From NCBI GenBank assembly GCA_009887135.1, contig QXYA01000095.1, positions 1,414 through 65,413 on the forward strand: 64,000 nucleotides of DNA. Direction: 5' to 3'. A program made the position numbers and the translations under genes. Positions within the stretch are counted from its first letter, which is position 1. The number at the start of each line of letters is the position of its first letter. The notes below the pieces were generated by a model. It saw only the letters and a list, made by a program, of their open reading frames with translations, searched no databases and was not told the DNA's origin. Below are positions 36,178-47,700 of the stretch, in pieces. The DNA is from Candidatus Poseidoniales archaeon (GTDB lineage: Archaea > Thermoplasmatota > Poseidoniia > Poseidoniales > Poseidoniaceae).

Positions 36178-38775
36178 TCACTGGAGTCGAGACCAGGAAC
36201 CATCGGAACCAACATCCCATTGTTGTAATTCAGTACTCGCATCAACATACCAACCTGTTTCTCCTTGATTGGTTCCAGGCGCCGCTTGCATAACTCCAAT
36301 TTGAGTGGCCTTCACTGCGAGTTCATCCCTCAAAGCATCTTCAATAACAGGTGCTGAGTCAACAGAAACTTGTGGTGGAGGCGATTTAGACTCCTGCTCT
36401 ACAGGAGCGATGGATTCAGAGGAGACCGCGTCTTCTTCGCCATCTTCTTCATCATCATCCTCATACTCATCATCGTATTCATCCCATTCTTCTTCTTTGG
36501 AATTACCTCGGCGAATGAGTACGATAAGAACTGCAAAAATCATCAGTAAGAAGATGAGACCAATGGTCATGGCGGTATTTGTTGAACCAAGAGCACCTCC
36601 TAATAGGACAGATTCAACATCGTAAAACTGTTGCGAGATAAGGCCCTGCCATGCAACGGTGCAAGAGCGATCTGTACCTGCTTCTTCGAGTTCGATTTCC
36701 CATGTATCCGATTTCACGTGACTGGCTTTTCCGGATGAACATGTGATACTGGTTTTGTCTGGAACGACTTCAACTCGATTCCCTTGGCTGTCCTCAGCCC
36801 AAACCTTGAGCAAGGTGACTTCACCTTGACTCAACGATTCGTTACTCACTGAAGTGAGAACACGTACTGGATCTCCTGGTAGAATTGTTAATGGAAGAAT
36901 GACTGAAGCATTTCCTTGTTGAAGTTCAATATCATACGTCCCAGATATGACACCATCAAGTTGCCAATAGCCACGTCCTGTTGCAGAGGGTTCGATTGAA
37001 ACGAAACCAGACTCCACCAATTGAATCTCTTCAGCAGGAGCAACGTTTCCGTGTACATCAACGATTTCTACATAGAGGTCGCTAGAGACACCTGCTGTAA
37101 TTGTCATCACCTCACCAGCATCTGTAGCAAGCGTATTTTCTGAACCCGTGATTACATTGATACGGACTGCAGCAAATACTCCATCAGCGTTTGCTCGTAT
37201 CTCATGTTCTCCCACTTCGGTGGGATACCATTTACCACCTGACATGAGTAAATCGAGTGTTGAATCAACGCCATCGATGGTCCAATTGACTGCAACAAAT
37301 GGAATAATATTTCCATATGAATCTGTGAAATCTGGATCAAATTGCAAGAATGAATCTGCTGGAACCTCTGTTCCTGTTTCTGGCAAGATGATGAACGCCA
37401 ATCGACCCGGTTCAACCATCTCTTGGTATTCACTTTGGTGTAAAATACCAGTGTAATTATCGAAATATGTTGCTGAAAATCGAATGCTCTCAGTGAGTTT
37501 TGGAGTAAATGTGGCATAGGAGGAGAATATTTCAGATGAAGATTGGTCATTACTTGTTTTCGTAATATTACCATCAACTTGCCATATATTTCCAAAAGCA
37601 TCAGTCGCTTCATGGACCAAAGCGACTTGCAAACCTGCGTTTAATCGAGGTAAACTTGGAACAAGTTGTGTAAAAACTGCAGCGCCATGAACCACTGAGA
37701 CTGTCTTTGAGGCAACAATGTCGGAATCAATGACTTCCATTGTCAAGGAACCCTCTTTACCGGGAGTCCAATGGATTTCATCGCCTACTTGGGCTACAGC
37801 ACCATTACCAACGGTCCAATTTCCTATTGGAACTGGAACTGGAGAAGTATAGCCAGATGAATCGGTACGTACTGCGTCTAATCGATACACCTCTCCTGAC
37901 TGGTAGGTCGTTTCCTCAGGTATAATTTGAATCGAAACAATAGCTGCATCAGCAGGAATGACTCTGATGGTTCCATTACCATAGACAGACCCTGCACGGA
38001 TGCTGAGATTCCAAACTCCTGGTGCAGAGGCAAAGAAGTAACCTTGGGTGGTAATACTTCCATTCTCGGCGGTCCAGACTTTCGTCCCCGCCAATGTATC
38101 ATTCATCTGTTGACCAAATGAATCAACCAGTGCAGGAGTGAGTTTGACGCCAAATCCGCTACGAATCACAAGATTCTCCTCAAAGATAAATTCGAAGGGG
38201 TCTCCCGCTATCGCTTCCATTGATACTTGTTGTTCCATTTGATCAAAACGGGCAACGACTTCATAGAGGCCCAGAGTTGGAGGCGTCCACAATGGCTGCC
38301 CTTGCCCAACATATTCTCCATCAACACTCCATACTACACCAAGTCCAGTTCGAGGATTGCCGTGTGAATCAAGGAGATTGGCTTGAAGTTGGAATGGCTG
38401 TTTAGACTTCGGAGAAGTGGTGGTATCGATCTCAATTGACTGACCCCAACCTGCCTCAACAGTCACCACAACAGTATCGTTGAAGCCTGCATGTTCAGCT
38501 CGAATGGTTACTTGACCTGCCGACCAAGGAAAGAAGAGACCACCATCTTCGACTGTACCGTTTGTAGAAGACCACATGATCTCGCCTTCGACAACGTTGT
38601 TTAAGGCGTCGTAGATTGTAGCATCTAATTGCAGGACACCATCAGAAGAAATCGATGTTGAAGGCGTTGTGATAACGACTTGGGCAGCAGGACCTGCTGC
38701 CGTTACTGGAAGGCTCGTCAACGGAACGAACATCAACAGAATGCACAAAAAGAATGCAGACTGTTTCGAACTCAT
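36178..38775 (-). CDS. Surface protein with Ig-like repeats, C-terminal TM, acidic linker and Trp-rich tail
   Basis: Signal peptide; repeated D-x-x-G-N motifs (DAFGN, DSYGN, DVHGN, DSQGN); TM IGLIFLLMIFAVLIVLI. Confidence 0.8.
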   Translation of the reverse strand: MSSKQSAFFLCILLMFVPLTSLPVTAAGPAAQVVITTPSTSISSDGVLQLDATIYDALNNVVEGEIMWSSTNGTVEDGGLFFPWSAGQVTIRAEHAGFNDTVVVTVEAGWGQSIEIDTTTSPKSKQPFQLQANLLDSHGNPRTGLGVVWSVDGEYVGQGQPLWTPPTLGLYEVVARFDQMEQQVSMEAIAGDPFEFIFEENLVIRSGFGVKLTPALVDSFGQQMNDTLAGTKVWTAENGSITTQGYFFASAPGVWNLSIRAGSVYGNGTIRVIPADAAIVSIQIIPEETTYQSGEVYRLDAVRTDSSGYTSPVPVPIGNWTVGNGAVAQVGDEIHWTPGKEGSLTMEVIDSDIVASKTVSVVHGAAVFTQLVPSLPRLNAGLQVALVHEATDAFGNIWQVDGNITKTSNDQSSSEIFSSYATFTPKLTESIRFSATYFDNYTGILHQSEYQEMVEPGRLAFIILPETGTEVPADSFLQFDPDFTDSYGNIIPFVAVNWTIDGVDSTLDLLMSGGKWYPTEVGEHEIRANADGVFAAVRINVITGSENTLATDAGEVMTITAGVSSDLYVEIVDVHGNVAPAEEIQLVESGFVSIEPSATGRGYWQLDGVISGTYDIELQQGNASVILPLTILPGDPVRVLTSVSNESLSQGEVTLLKVWAEDSQGNRVEVVPDKTSITCSSGKASHVKSDTWEIELEEAGTDRSCTVAWQGLISQQFYDVESVLLGGALGSTNTAMTIGLIFLLMIFAVLIVLIRRGNSKEEEWDEYDDEYEDDDEEDGEEDAVSSESIAPVEQESKSPPPQVSVDSAPVIEDALRDELAVKATQIGVMQAAPGTNQGETGWYVDASTELQQWDVGSDGSWSRLQ

Positions 38776-38783
38776 TCAATCAC

Positions 38784-41700
38784 CTAATCTTCCCAGACAG
38801 CCCAATCGGTTTGACCCGGTTCTCTGTAGTACCATGTCTCATCTTCATTTTGAGCCCATTCAGTTCCATCGTCATCGACCCGATGTTCGACCATCCAACT
38901 CGTATCCTCTTTTTCTTCGGCTTCGGGTGGAGGGTTGGATGGACCAGTTCCAGGTGCAGGACCACTCGGACCAGTTCCAGGCGCAGGACCACTCGGACCA
39001 CTCGGGCCAGTTCCAGGCGCAGGACCACTTGGGCCTCGAGTTGCTGGGGCTGAATCCTCATCGTCTTCGTCATAGTCATCATCCCAGTCATCATCACCTC
39101 TTCCTGAACGGAGAGCCATGACGAGGAGAACAAGTAAAACAACAGCGATTAAGCCAATCAGAACGGCTCCGACGTAATACAAGGCTCCACCTGCTGCGAA
39201 GAATCCACCAAAGGTTCCAGTTACTTCAATCTCCAGAGATTCACTAACTTGACCCGCTGTAACAGTAATTGTTTGACCTCCACTATCGAGCGTTGTTACT
39301 CGCCATTGACCTGGTCCAAGTTCCTTGACAGTTCCTCGGCCAGTTGAATCAACACGCGCACTGCTTGGAACAGGAATCGGATTGTAGAACATATCCTTTG
39401 CTTCAACAGTGACATCAATCGATGCTTGTTGATCCACAGTTGTTGCAGACAAAACAACTTCTAGATACGCAACCACCATTTGAGGCTGTATTGAAAGTTC
39501 GAACGTGTTGGTTGCCCCTGGTGTGGAGTAGATCATAACATGCTCACCAGCAACGGATGCCTGATAGGTATAGGCTCCAATATTGGCACGTGGAACGATT
39601 CGAGATGATGTGGTTCCATCTTCAGTCCATTCAACGTCTTGCGGGAATGTATTACCATCGCTATCCGTACCAGTGATGACAATGTCAATTGATTCACCTG
39701 CATCTTCACTCAACGTATCGAGCGTGTGTTCAAGCGAGACTGCAATACCATGGTAAACTGAAATGTCAACTTGTTTCGAGTAATTGAACCCATCTGCATT
39801 AACAACGAATGCAGTTACTCTGTAGGATCCTACTGAGGTTGCTTCCCAATGATAAGCATCGGATTCGAACGTTGAAGTCATGTCAATTACAGAACCTGAA
39901 ACCAAATCTTCGAACAACCAAGTGAGTCTCGAAGCATCTAAAGGATTCAAATCTCCATCGCTAAGACTTACAGAGAAGTCGAGGTATTGATCTGCACTGA
40001 TATTGTATGCAGTTGATGAATCTCCCGTGGAAGCGATTGAACTCATGGTAAATATCTGTAACATACCTTCGGATACAGTAGCTGAAACAGATTCACTAAA
40101 GACAACGCCTCCAAATGTATATTCTGCATTGATCATGTACGGGATTTCTGAAGCCAACTGTGGCATGAATTCGGTTTCATCAGAGAGTGTATAGAGAAGC
40201 ACGGACTGATCGGTCCAACTTGGATGAGACATGGTCCAATTTACGTCAATTGTCCATCGGTTTCCTTTCGCATCAGTAGCCTTTGCCTTCACTTGCAATG
40301 TCTCATCTGCAGTCAAACTGTAGGATTGATCATTTGCATCAGCCGAATCTACAATCAGTGCCATACCAGTCATTGCACCCTTGGTGACGTTGACTGTAAT
40401 TGATGATGAAATTGTTTCGTACTGTGCTGTTATCACACGGCCACCAAGCCCGGTTGGAATCCATTGCACTGGATGATTGAATGTGACATTCACTGCACCA
40501 TCGCTCACAAACGTCCAGTTTGCTAACGGCAAGGAAACTGGTAATCTGTTTCCTTGAATATCGATTCTTGTTGTGTTCATGAAGATGACTTCATCGGCTG
40601 TCAAGTCCCATGCCGAAGGAACAATTTCTAGTGAATCCATTGCTCCATGCCCGGTGGTAATCGTGATTGAATCCGACAAGCCAATTCCAGAAGTCAAAGA
40701 GAATTGCCATGTACCAACTTGGTCAGCGAAATACATGCTGGTCGCTTCACTGTAGAGTCCATCGGTGACTGAATAGGTCAATGCACCTGCTTCAGACAAT
40801 GGTATGATGTTTCCGAATTGGTCATACAGAGTTGTAGTGATTTCACATTCTGTTCCTGCAGGAGTGACGCCTTCACATCCAACCAAGACGATCTCGGAAG
40901 GTGCACCAAGTTCAACTTGAACATTGACAATCACGGTGATTGTCGTCCATGTAACTGATACTGTTTGGCCTCCAGTGGAGTAGGGCTGGAATACATCACC
41001 AAATGTACCAATCATTGAACCATTACTTGGGGTAAAGGAGATGCTTTCACCTGAGACAATATTGCCAAATTGATCGACAACATCTGCTGTTAATTGGAGC
41101 GTATCATCCGCAGTAATGGTCGCAGTAAGAGGAGTTACAATCAGATTAACCGGTGCTCCCGGGGTAACTGTCACTGTTTCATCAGCACAAATGACACCAA
41201 AGCAAGCGGTGATTGTGTGAACTCCTGTTGTTGAAGGAGTGTAAACACCAGTTGAAGCATCAATTTGACCACTTGAAGCAGACCAAACAATTGGGACTGT
41301 TGCAACCAGAGAATTGTAATCAAACGTTGAAGCACTGAATGTTACAGATGTATCAGCATCTGTGGTTGTTGCAGTTGGTGAGATGGTTACTGAATCAATG
41401 TCAGTATAGTTCATTTGCATCAGTGGTCTTAGATTGCTGGTTGAATCACTGTTATCAGCAAATTCGACTGTCATCCATCCTTGGTTAACGGTTGCGATAA
41501 TGACCCATCCATGTGTGCCATCAATGAAGAGAGAACGATGTCCGAGGCTCATTTGTACCCATTGATTGGTCGCTTGAGAATTACTCACAAAGAAGGTATC
41601 GAGTGGTGTAGAATCATAATCCACACCAGGTTGAAGACCAGGAGCACCCCAAGTTGCAGCGCCGGTTCCGTTCCATGTTACGGAGGTTTCACCCCAACCA

Positions 41701-44700
41701 GTTGTCAGGACTTTGTGAACAGAGAGTGTCATTCCAGTTGCGCCTGCACCAAAGTCAAGATCGGTAAGGTACAAACTCAAATCAACAGAATGAACGTTCA
41801 TGTTTGGATTGAATGGTATTTGACCGAAATCAGTGGAGACGAGCATTCGATACTCATCTTGACCTGAATCGATACCAATCATGCTGGAATCGCCATCCAA
41901 GTTAGCGTCTGCTGTTCCGCTGTAGACTGAAGCATCTTCCACATTGGTGTGAGCCATCTCTTGAATTTCGTTTCCAGTTTGGAATTCATACGTCCATGTA
42001 TGATCGAAGTTATCTTGTGTTGCTGGGTCACCAATACCGACAATCCATCGTGATGAAGATGGACCTGGAATTGAACCATTGACTGCCTGAACCCACCACT
42101 CAAAGGTTGACCCTGGGGAGAGAGAACTACTGAAAACAAAGTTTGTTCCTGTGATTTGACTTGAAATTCCAGATTTGAAATTGTATTGTCCAGAGGAATC
42201 GCGAATAGTAACGATGTATCCTGTCGCTCCAGTAACGGGATTCCAAGAAAGTGTTGGCTTGTCCAATGGTTCAAGCAGAGTTGTTGTTGTATTGTACAGT
42301 ACAGTTCCATCTACAGGTGAGATAAGGACGGGTTGTGCCGGTGGGATAACACCTGCAATGTTATCGACATAATCGACGCGAAGGACAGGACGCAAGGCTA
42401 TCGAGGAAGATTCACCCGAATGGAATGAATGTAAACTACTCGCTGTTCCAACAGCTGATAGCTTGATGGTCATTGAAAGATTTCCATTGGCAATGTTTGA
42501 TTGAGCCAGTGAGGTAATATCCCATTCCAACCAACCATTTGGTGGCGTTACTGAAAGAGTAGAACGAGTTACCTCGGTCGTACTGCATGTAGGAGATTGC
42601 AGCGCTGTGACAAACCCTTCATTGAACGTTGAACAAGCGTGAGCACTCACAGTTATTGGGGAGACCCCTGTTACTTGTGTTCGATACATACGCAGCATTA
42701 CAGAGGTTGGCGTAATTGCACTAGGCCAAGGCATCTGAGACAAATCATATTCGATGTACACTTCATGATCACCTGAGGTACCAGAACCAAGTAATAACGA
42801 AGCACTTGAGCCGTAGTTGGAATTAAATGATGACGATGAAGTATAGGTGTCAGGAGCAGCAGGGAGTAAACCCGTGCTTGTAAAAATGGACCCACTTGAG
42901 AGGTTTACAGTATGGTTTCCTAAACCGTCATCGTACCCTTGTGCATCAGGAATACGGTATTTGTTAACTTGAGAATATTCTCCAATTCTGTAGTAATCTT
43001 CGATTAGTTGGTATGACAGAACGCGCCAATATTGCCATTCGTCTCCAGATGTAGCATTTGTATTCGCAAGGGTGGTAGTCGATGGATCCCAAGTGAGGTT
43101 GGACTCAGAGAGAGAAGTGGTATCAGTCGACAAAATACAAGCAAGATCGTAAATCATTCGAGCATCAGATGCAGAACAAATCTGGTATCCTGTTTCGTTG
43201 GAAGACGGAGGAGTCCATGAATGGTTTACATGATCGACTCCAGCTGGACGGGGAGCGGACATATTCCATAGGGTCGAACTGTCAACAGGGAGGAGATTTG
43301 ATGGACTTGAAGCAACGTATGGATTTGATGCTCGATACGTCAAGTTCAGACTTGGACGCAAACTTGTAGAGGCTTCATCACTCGAGAAGAAATCCATTCT
43401 ACCATCGACACTGCTGAAATTCTCTTCAGGTTGAACAAGAATGTGAATTGTGTTCACTCCCTGAGCAAGAGCTTGTTGAATGACTTCCGTGATATTTCCA
43501 AAGATCATTGAATCTTCTGAGTCAACAAGACCAGCCCCGTTCATTGGAACAGAAGTATCGGTTGAATGATAAGCACCAGGTGCATTCCAAGTCGTTGAGC
43601 TTGTCGCATTATTCCAATTTGCATCTGCATCGAATGACGTGAGAACCTTCGATTGGCTAATCCATACTTCTCCATTCGAACCTGATTCTGTGGCAAGGTA
43701 GAGTTCTGCAGACATCACTTCAAAGGAATTCCCAAGCGGTAATTTCGAGATATCTATTGAGAAGAGAACCGAAGAACGAGCTGATGTACTGGTTGTGAAG
43801 GAGGAACGGCCGATACTGAGAACGCTATCACCTGAAAGATCTTGATTTGGAGAACCCGAATCGAGTCCAATGTCTTGGATGAAACCAGATGGCTCGTTGA
43901 GAGATGGCAAGAAGCCTCCTTCTGAAATGTTGAGGTATCCCCATGTACTGTTAATCTCTTGACCAATGTCATGAGGTATATGGAATACTGAACTGGTAGA
44001 ACGTGGACCGAGCATGCTGTTGTTCACGGGTTGAACGAACCAGCGAACACTTTGATTTGTGCTAAGATCGGTCGAAGGTTGGAAGGTTAGACTTTGCAAA
44101 TCGAACATTGAAGAATCAACACGTGAATCGTATGTTGTGAATCCTTCCATGATGTCAGAAGCATCATTTTGGAGGAAGACTTTCCAATCATCGATATTCG
44201 CAGAATTGGAGTGTGTCCAACTCAACACTGGACGTGTGTCAGGTTCTGGAACGTGTGTTGACAGATTCCATGACATGTCCCCATCAGCAGGTAAGGTGTT
44301 TGCACCAGCCACTGTTGGAATTGTTGAAGTTCCTTCAGTCCATGTGAGATTAAGCCATGGACGTTGTGTCAAGAGTCCTTCTGTGCTTGCAAATGTAATC
44401 AGAGAGTCAGATGAGTCACTCGTCATTAGAGCAACTGAGAGGTAGGAATCACCGTTTGCAAGTGCTGCTTGCACAAGTTCTGTAACATCCCAATCCATCC
44501 AATCTGCACTTGCAGAAGTACTCAAATCACTGAGTTGACCAACATCGTTTCCGATGGAACGGCCGCCATCTAATGTCCATGAATTCGTACCATCATAGGT
44601 TGAATTGTTGAGGTCAGTCGTCCAAGTTTGCAATACTGGTCGAACTGCAATTTCTGTATTCGTATCAGAACCTACAAGAGCCCACAGATTCAATTCTGCG

Positions 44701-47700
44701 TTTGTCACACGAGCATTCGAAGGTGAAGGAATCTGATCGAGAGGGATCTTCAGGAGTGCTGTCGATTGGTACCCACTGCCGAGTTCCCCAACCTTCATCG
44801 AGGTGGATGTGGAGTGGTTTTGTTGCCCTTCTATGCCTCCTTCGGCCAACCAAGTGTCAATGAAATGCGGCAGTCCCAAATCAGGCATAGCTTCCGCATG
44901 GCGAATCTCAACTGCTGCGCTGGTTGAGGACAGATTCCATGTTGTTAATGATGGAATGTTGAAGTGGAACGTTTGCGACCAATTTCCAAGTTGATTTGTT
45001 GTCGAGATTGTACGTACACGCCAGTACCAAGTTTCACCAACTGTCAAATCGTTTTGTGGAGTAAAGGTTTTCCCATTTACATCGAAACCTGCGTTTGACC
45101 ATGAAGTCTCAATGCTCATGTCACTGCTGTCAAAGGCGTCGGTTGTATCGACCTGAACGGCATAACCACCAACGCTGATTGCACTGGAATGTGTCCAATT
45201 AAGCATAGGTCGAAGAACTGGCTCAGGATTAATTCCAGGCTGAATGCTCCATGAACCATTCAATGGATTTACTGGAACCGGCTCAACCGGTATGGCGTTT
45301 GAACCTGGAACATATACGAAACTGAGCTCAGGACGTTTTGCATCTACTGCGCTTCCAGTATGGAAAAGAGCATCTCTAATTTGACCTGATCCAGCACCAA
45401 TAATGCCGAGAATAAAGTCTGCAGAATGATTGTCTCGCATAGCATTTTGCATTGCGAGTGTAACATTCCAAGTCACAGACGAACTCGAAGTGAAGCCACT
45501 GCCGATACTTACTGAATCAAGCAATGATGAACGTTCAGATCCCTTTGCGCCAACGGTGCCCCACGTGTTTGACCCATCATAAGTCGCCCAAGTAGCGCCG
45601 TCTTCAGTCCAGTTATGCTGGGTGCTTTCCCAAGCCCCAACGACTGGTGAACCGAATGGGAAATCACTGAGGTACACTTCTAAATTTGCGGATTCAACTG
45701 CATAACCATTTGGAAGGAATGTGCTCGAAAGGTCACATCCAAACAAAATTGTTGTTTCTGATGGTATCGTGTTGTAAGAAACTTGGAGTTCAGTTTCTTG
45801 ACCGTAGTTCGAACTTGGCATACCTGAGTCAATGTAGGAATCCGCACAAGCTGGATGGAGTCCATCCGAACTTGCATTGCCTTGCTTGAGCCTAAACTCA
45901 TAGCGGTCCCCACCAAGCCATGTTGAATCCATGTTACTGATCAGGAATGTCGAATACGTCCAATCACCATGACGTCCATCGGAATCGATGTGGAGCATCC
46001 TCCAATTGTACATGTGTCCGGCTTCAAGGCTATTGGCACCAGTGAATGAAAAGTCTCCGTCACTTGGTAAGAAATCGGAATCAACACGAGTGTCGACATA
46101 AGCGATACGATCATGGTATTGACCGTCTGTTGACAATTCAAAAATCATATCATATGAACCGGATGTGCTAGCAGACCACGTCAAAGTAGGAGTCGTATTT
46201 CCAGTGAAGTTGTGTCCTGATTGATTCCAAAGGGTTTCTCCATCGTAAGGAGAAGTGAGAGAAGGTGCAACGGTTACTGGTGTACCCCATTCATATGTGA
46301 TGTAGAGATATGGTTTGTCAGATTCAGAAGTTGCATCGGAGGAATAGAAGGTTACAGAATCAATTCCAGCATTTGCAGAATAAGCACCATTTTCTGAGCG
46401 CGTTGTCATTGCCAAATCGATTACACCCGTGTTTCCATTATCCAAGTGTTGTTGTAATGTAGGGGTCAAGTCAAACGAAAAGTCATCACTGATCTGTGAA
46501 CCAAAAATGCCCGTATCTGTCGCATGACTAATCAATCCTCGGCCTCCGCTTCTCCACAATTGACTGGTTTTCTTTCGCAGCCATGTAAGTTCATCTTCAT
46601 TCCATGCATCATCATTGTCCATTTCATGTAATGCCAGCGTTGCTGAACCGCTTGAAGTGGATCGGGTAAGATTCAATGAAGCCTCAAGAATTGTTGCATT
46701 TGAATGCATTCCTAACGCATCGAATGCCAATCTGAAATGAGGAATGGTCTCTTTGTTTGAAGATAATGTAGCATCCAATGTAGTGGAGGACCCATAATTG
46801 GTATTCTTGTTATTCTCATCTGCGACCGCATCTTCGATGAAATTCAGGTCTGTTGATAGATCATTAATGTCGACTGCAATTGTAGCTGTCCCATCTCCGT
46901 TATCGATGATGTCGTGTTCAGGGAGGAAGAAGGAACCTGTTTCCCATGAACCGAGAATTCCTGTTGTATCCATTGAACGCATTCGATAATGCATGTAGGT
47001 TCCGTTCTCAAAAGCAGCAGAGGAAGGGATGGCAAGAGAACCTGTAGTTCCTGCCAAGGTGAATAAGCTCGTGTGAATATCTGAATTATAAAGCCAGGCG
47101 TAATCGTCTTCCGTGCTCTTGAAACTGGAATCGAGTGAAACTTGAACTTCAGCGAGAATACCGGAAAACGCATTCCACGTCATCGACGGGTTCAAATCTG
47201 CTGAAAGGATGAAATCTCCAGTCATTAATGGCGCACCATCAGAAACGAAATCGGGAGTGATTTGGCCCCCAGTACCAGCAGTTGAGGCTGAAGAGTCAAC
47301 GATCATTGCTGGCCTGTTAGCGACATTGAGGGTTTCATTGAGTTCACAATCATATTGTGCTTCATGAGCAGAAATTACCAGGTCGAGAGAACTCTGGCTC
47401 GAAGCTACTGCAGCCTGAGTCAAAGCAGTGACATTGAGTTCGACTGTAGAGGAACCACCGCCAATATTGAGTGGGGCTGTAAGATGGAATGGTTCCCATC
47501 CATCACGATCGGCTGTGCCATCCACACCAGGTTGAGCCCATGCAAGAACTCCATTTCTCGAATTCCAAGTTGCACTCTCGTTCCATGATGCGCTTGTTGC
47601 CGCGGGATAAACAGCCAAACCATTCGAAGCATCACTACTGCTGCACACGAGGTCAACTCGTGAGGAATGAATCGTATCTGTCGATGCATAATTCAAAGGG

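Noticed and set aside
36152-36220. Upstream extensions of ORFs 34175..36220, 53422..56289, 56129..57235 and 57092..57553
   Set aside because: They overlap neighbouring genes; downstream ATGs give cleaner starts
38941-39036. Direct repeats resembling a CRISPR or VNTR array
   Set aside because: No unique spacers; units are multiples of 3 and encode the GPSGPAPGT linker; no cas genes
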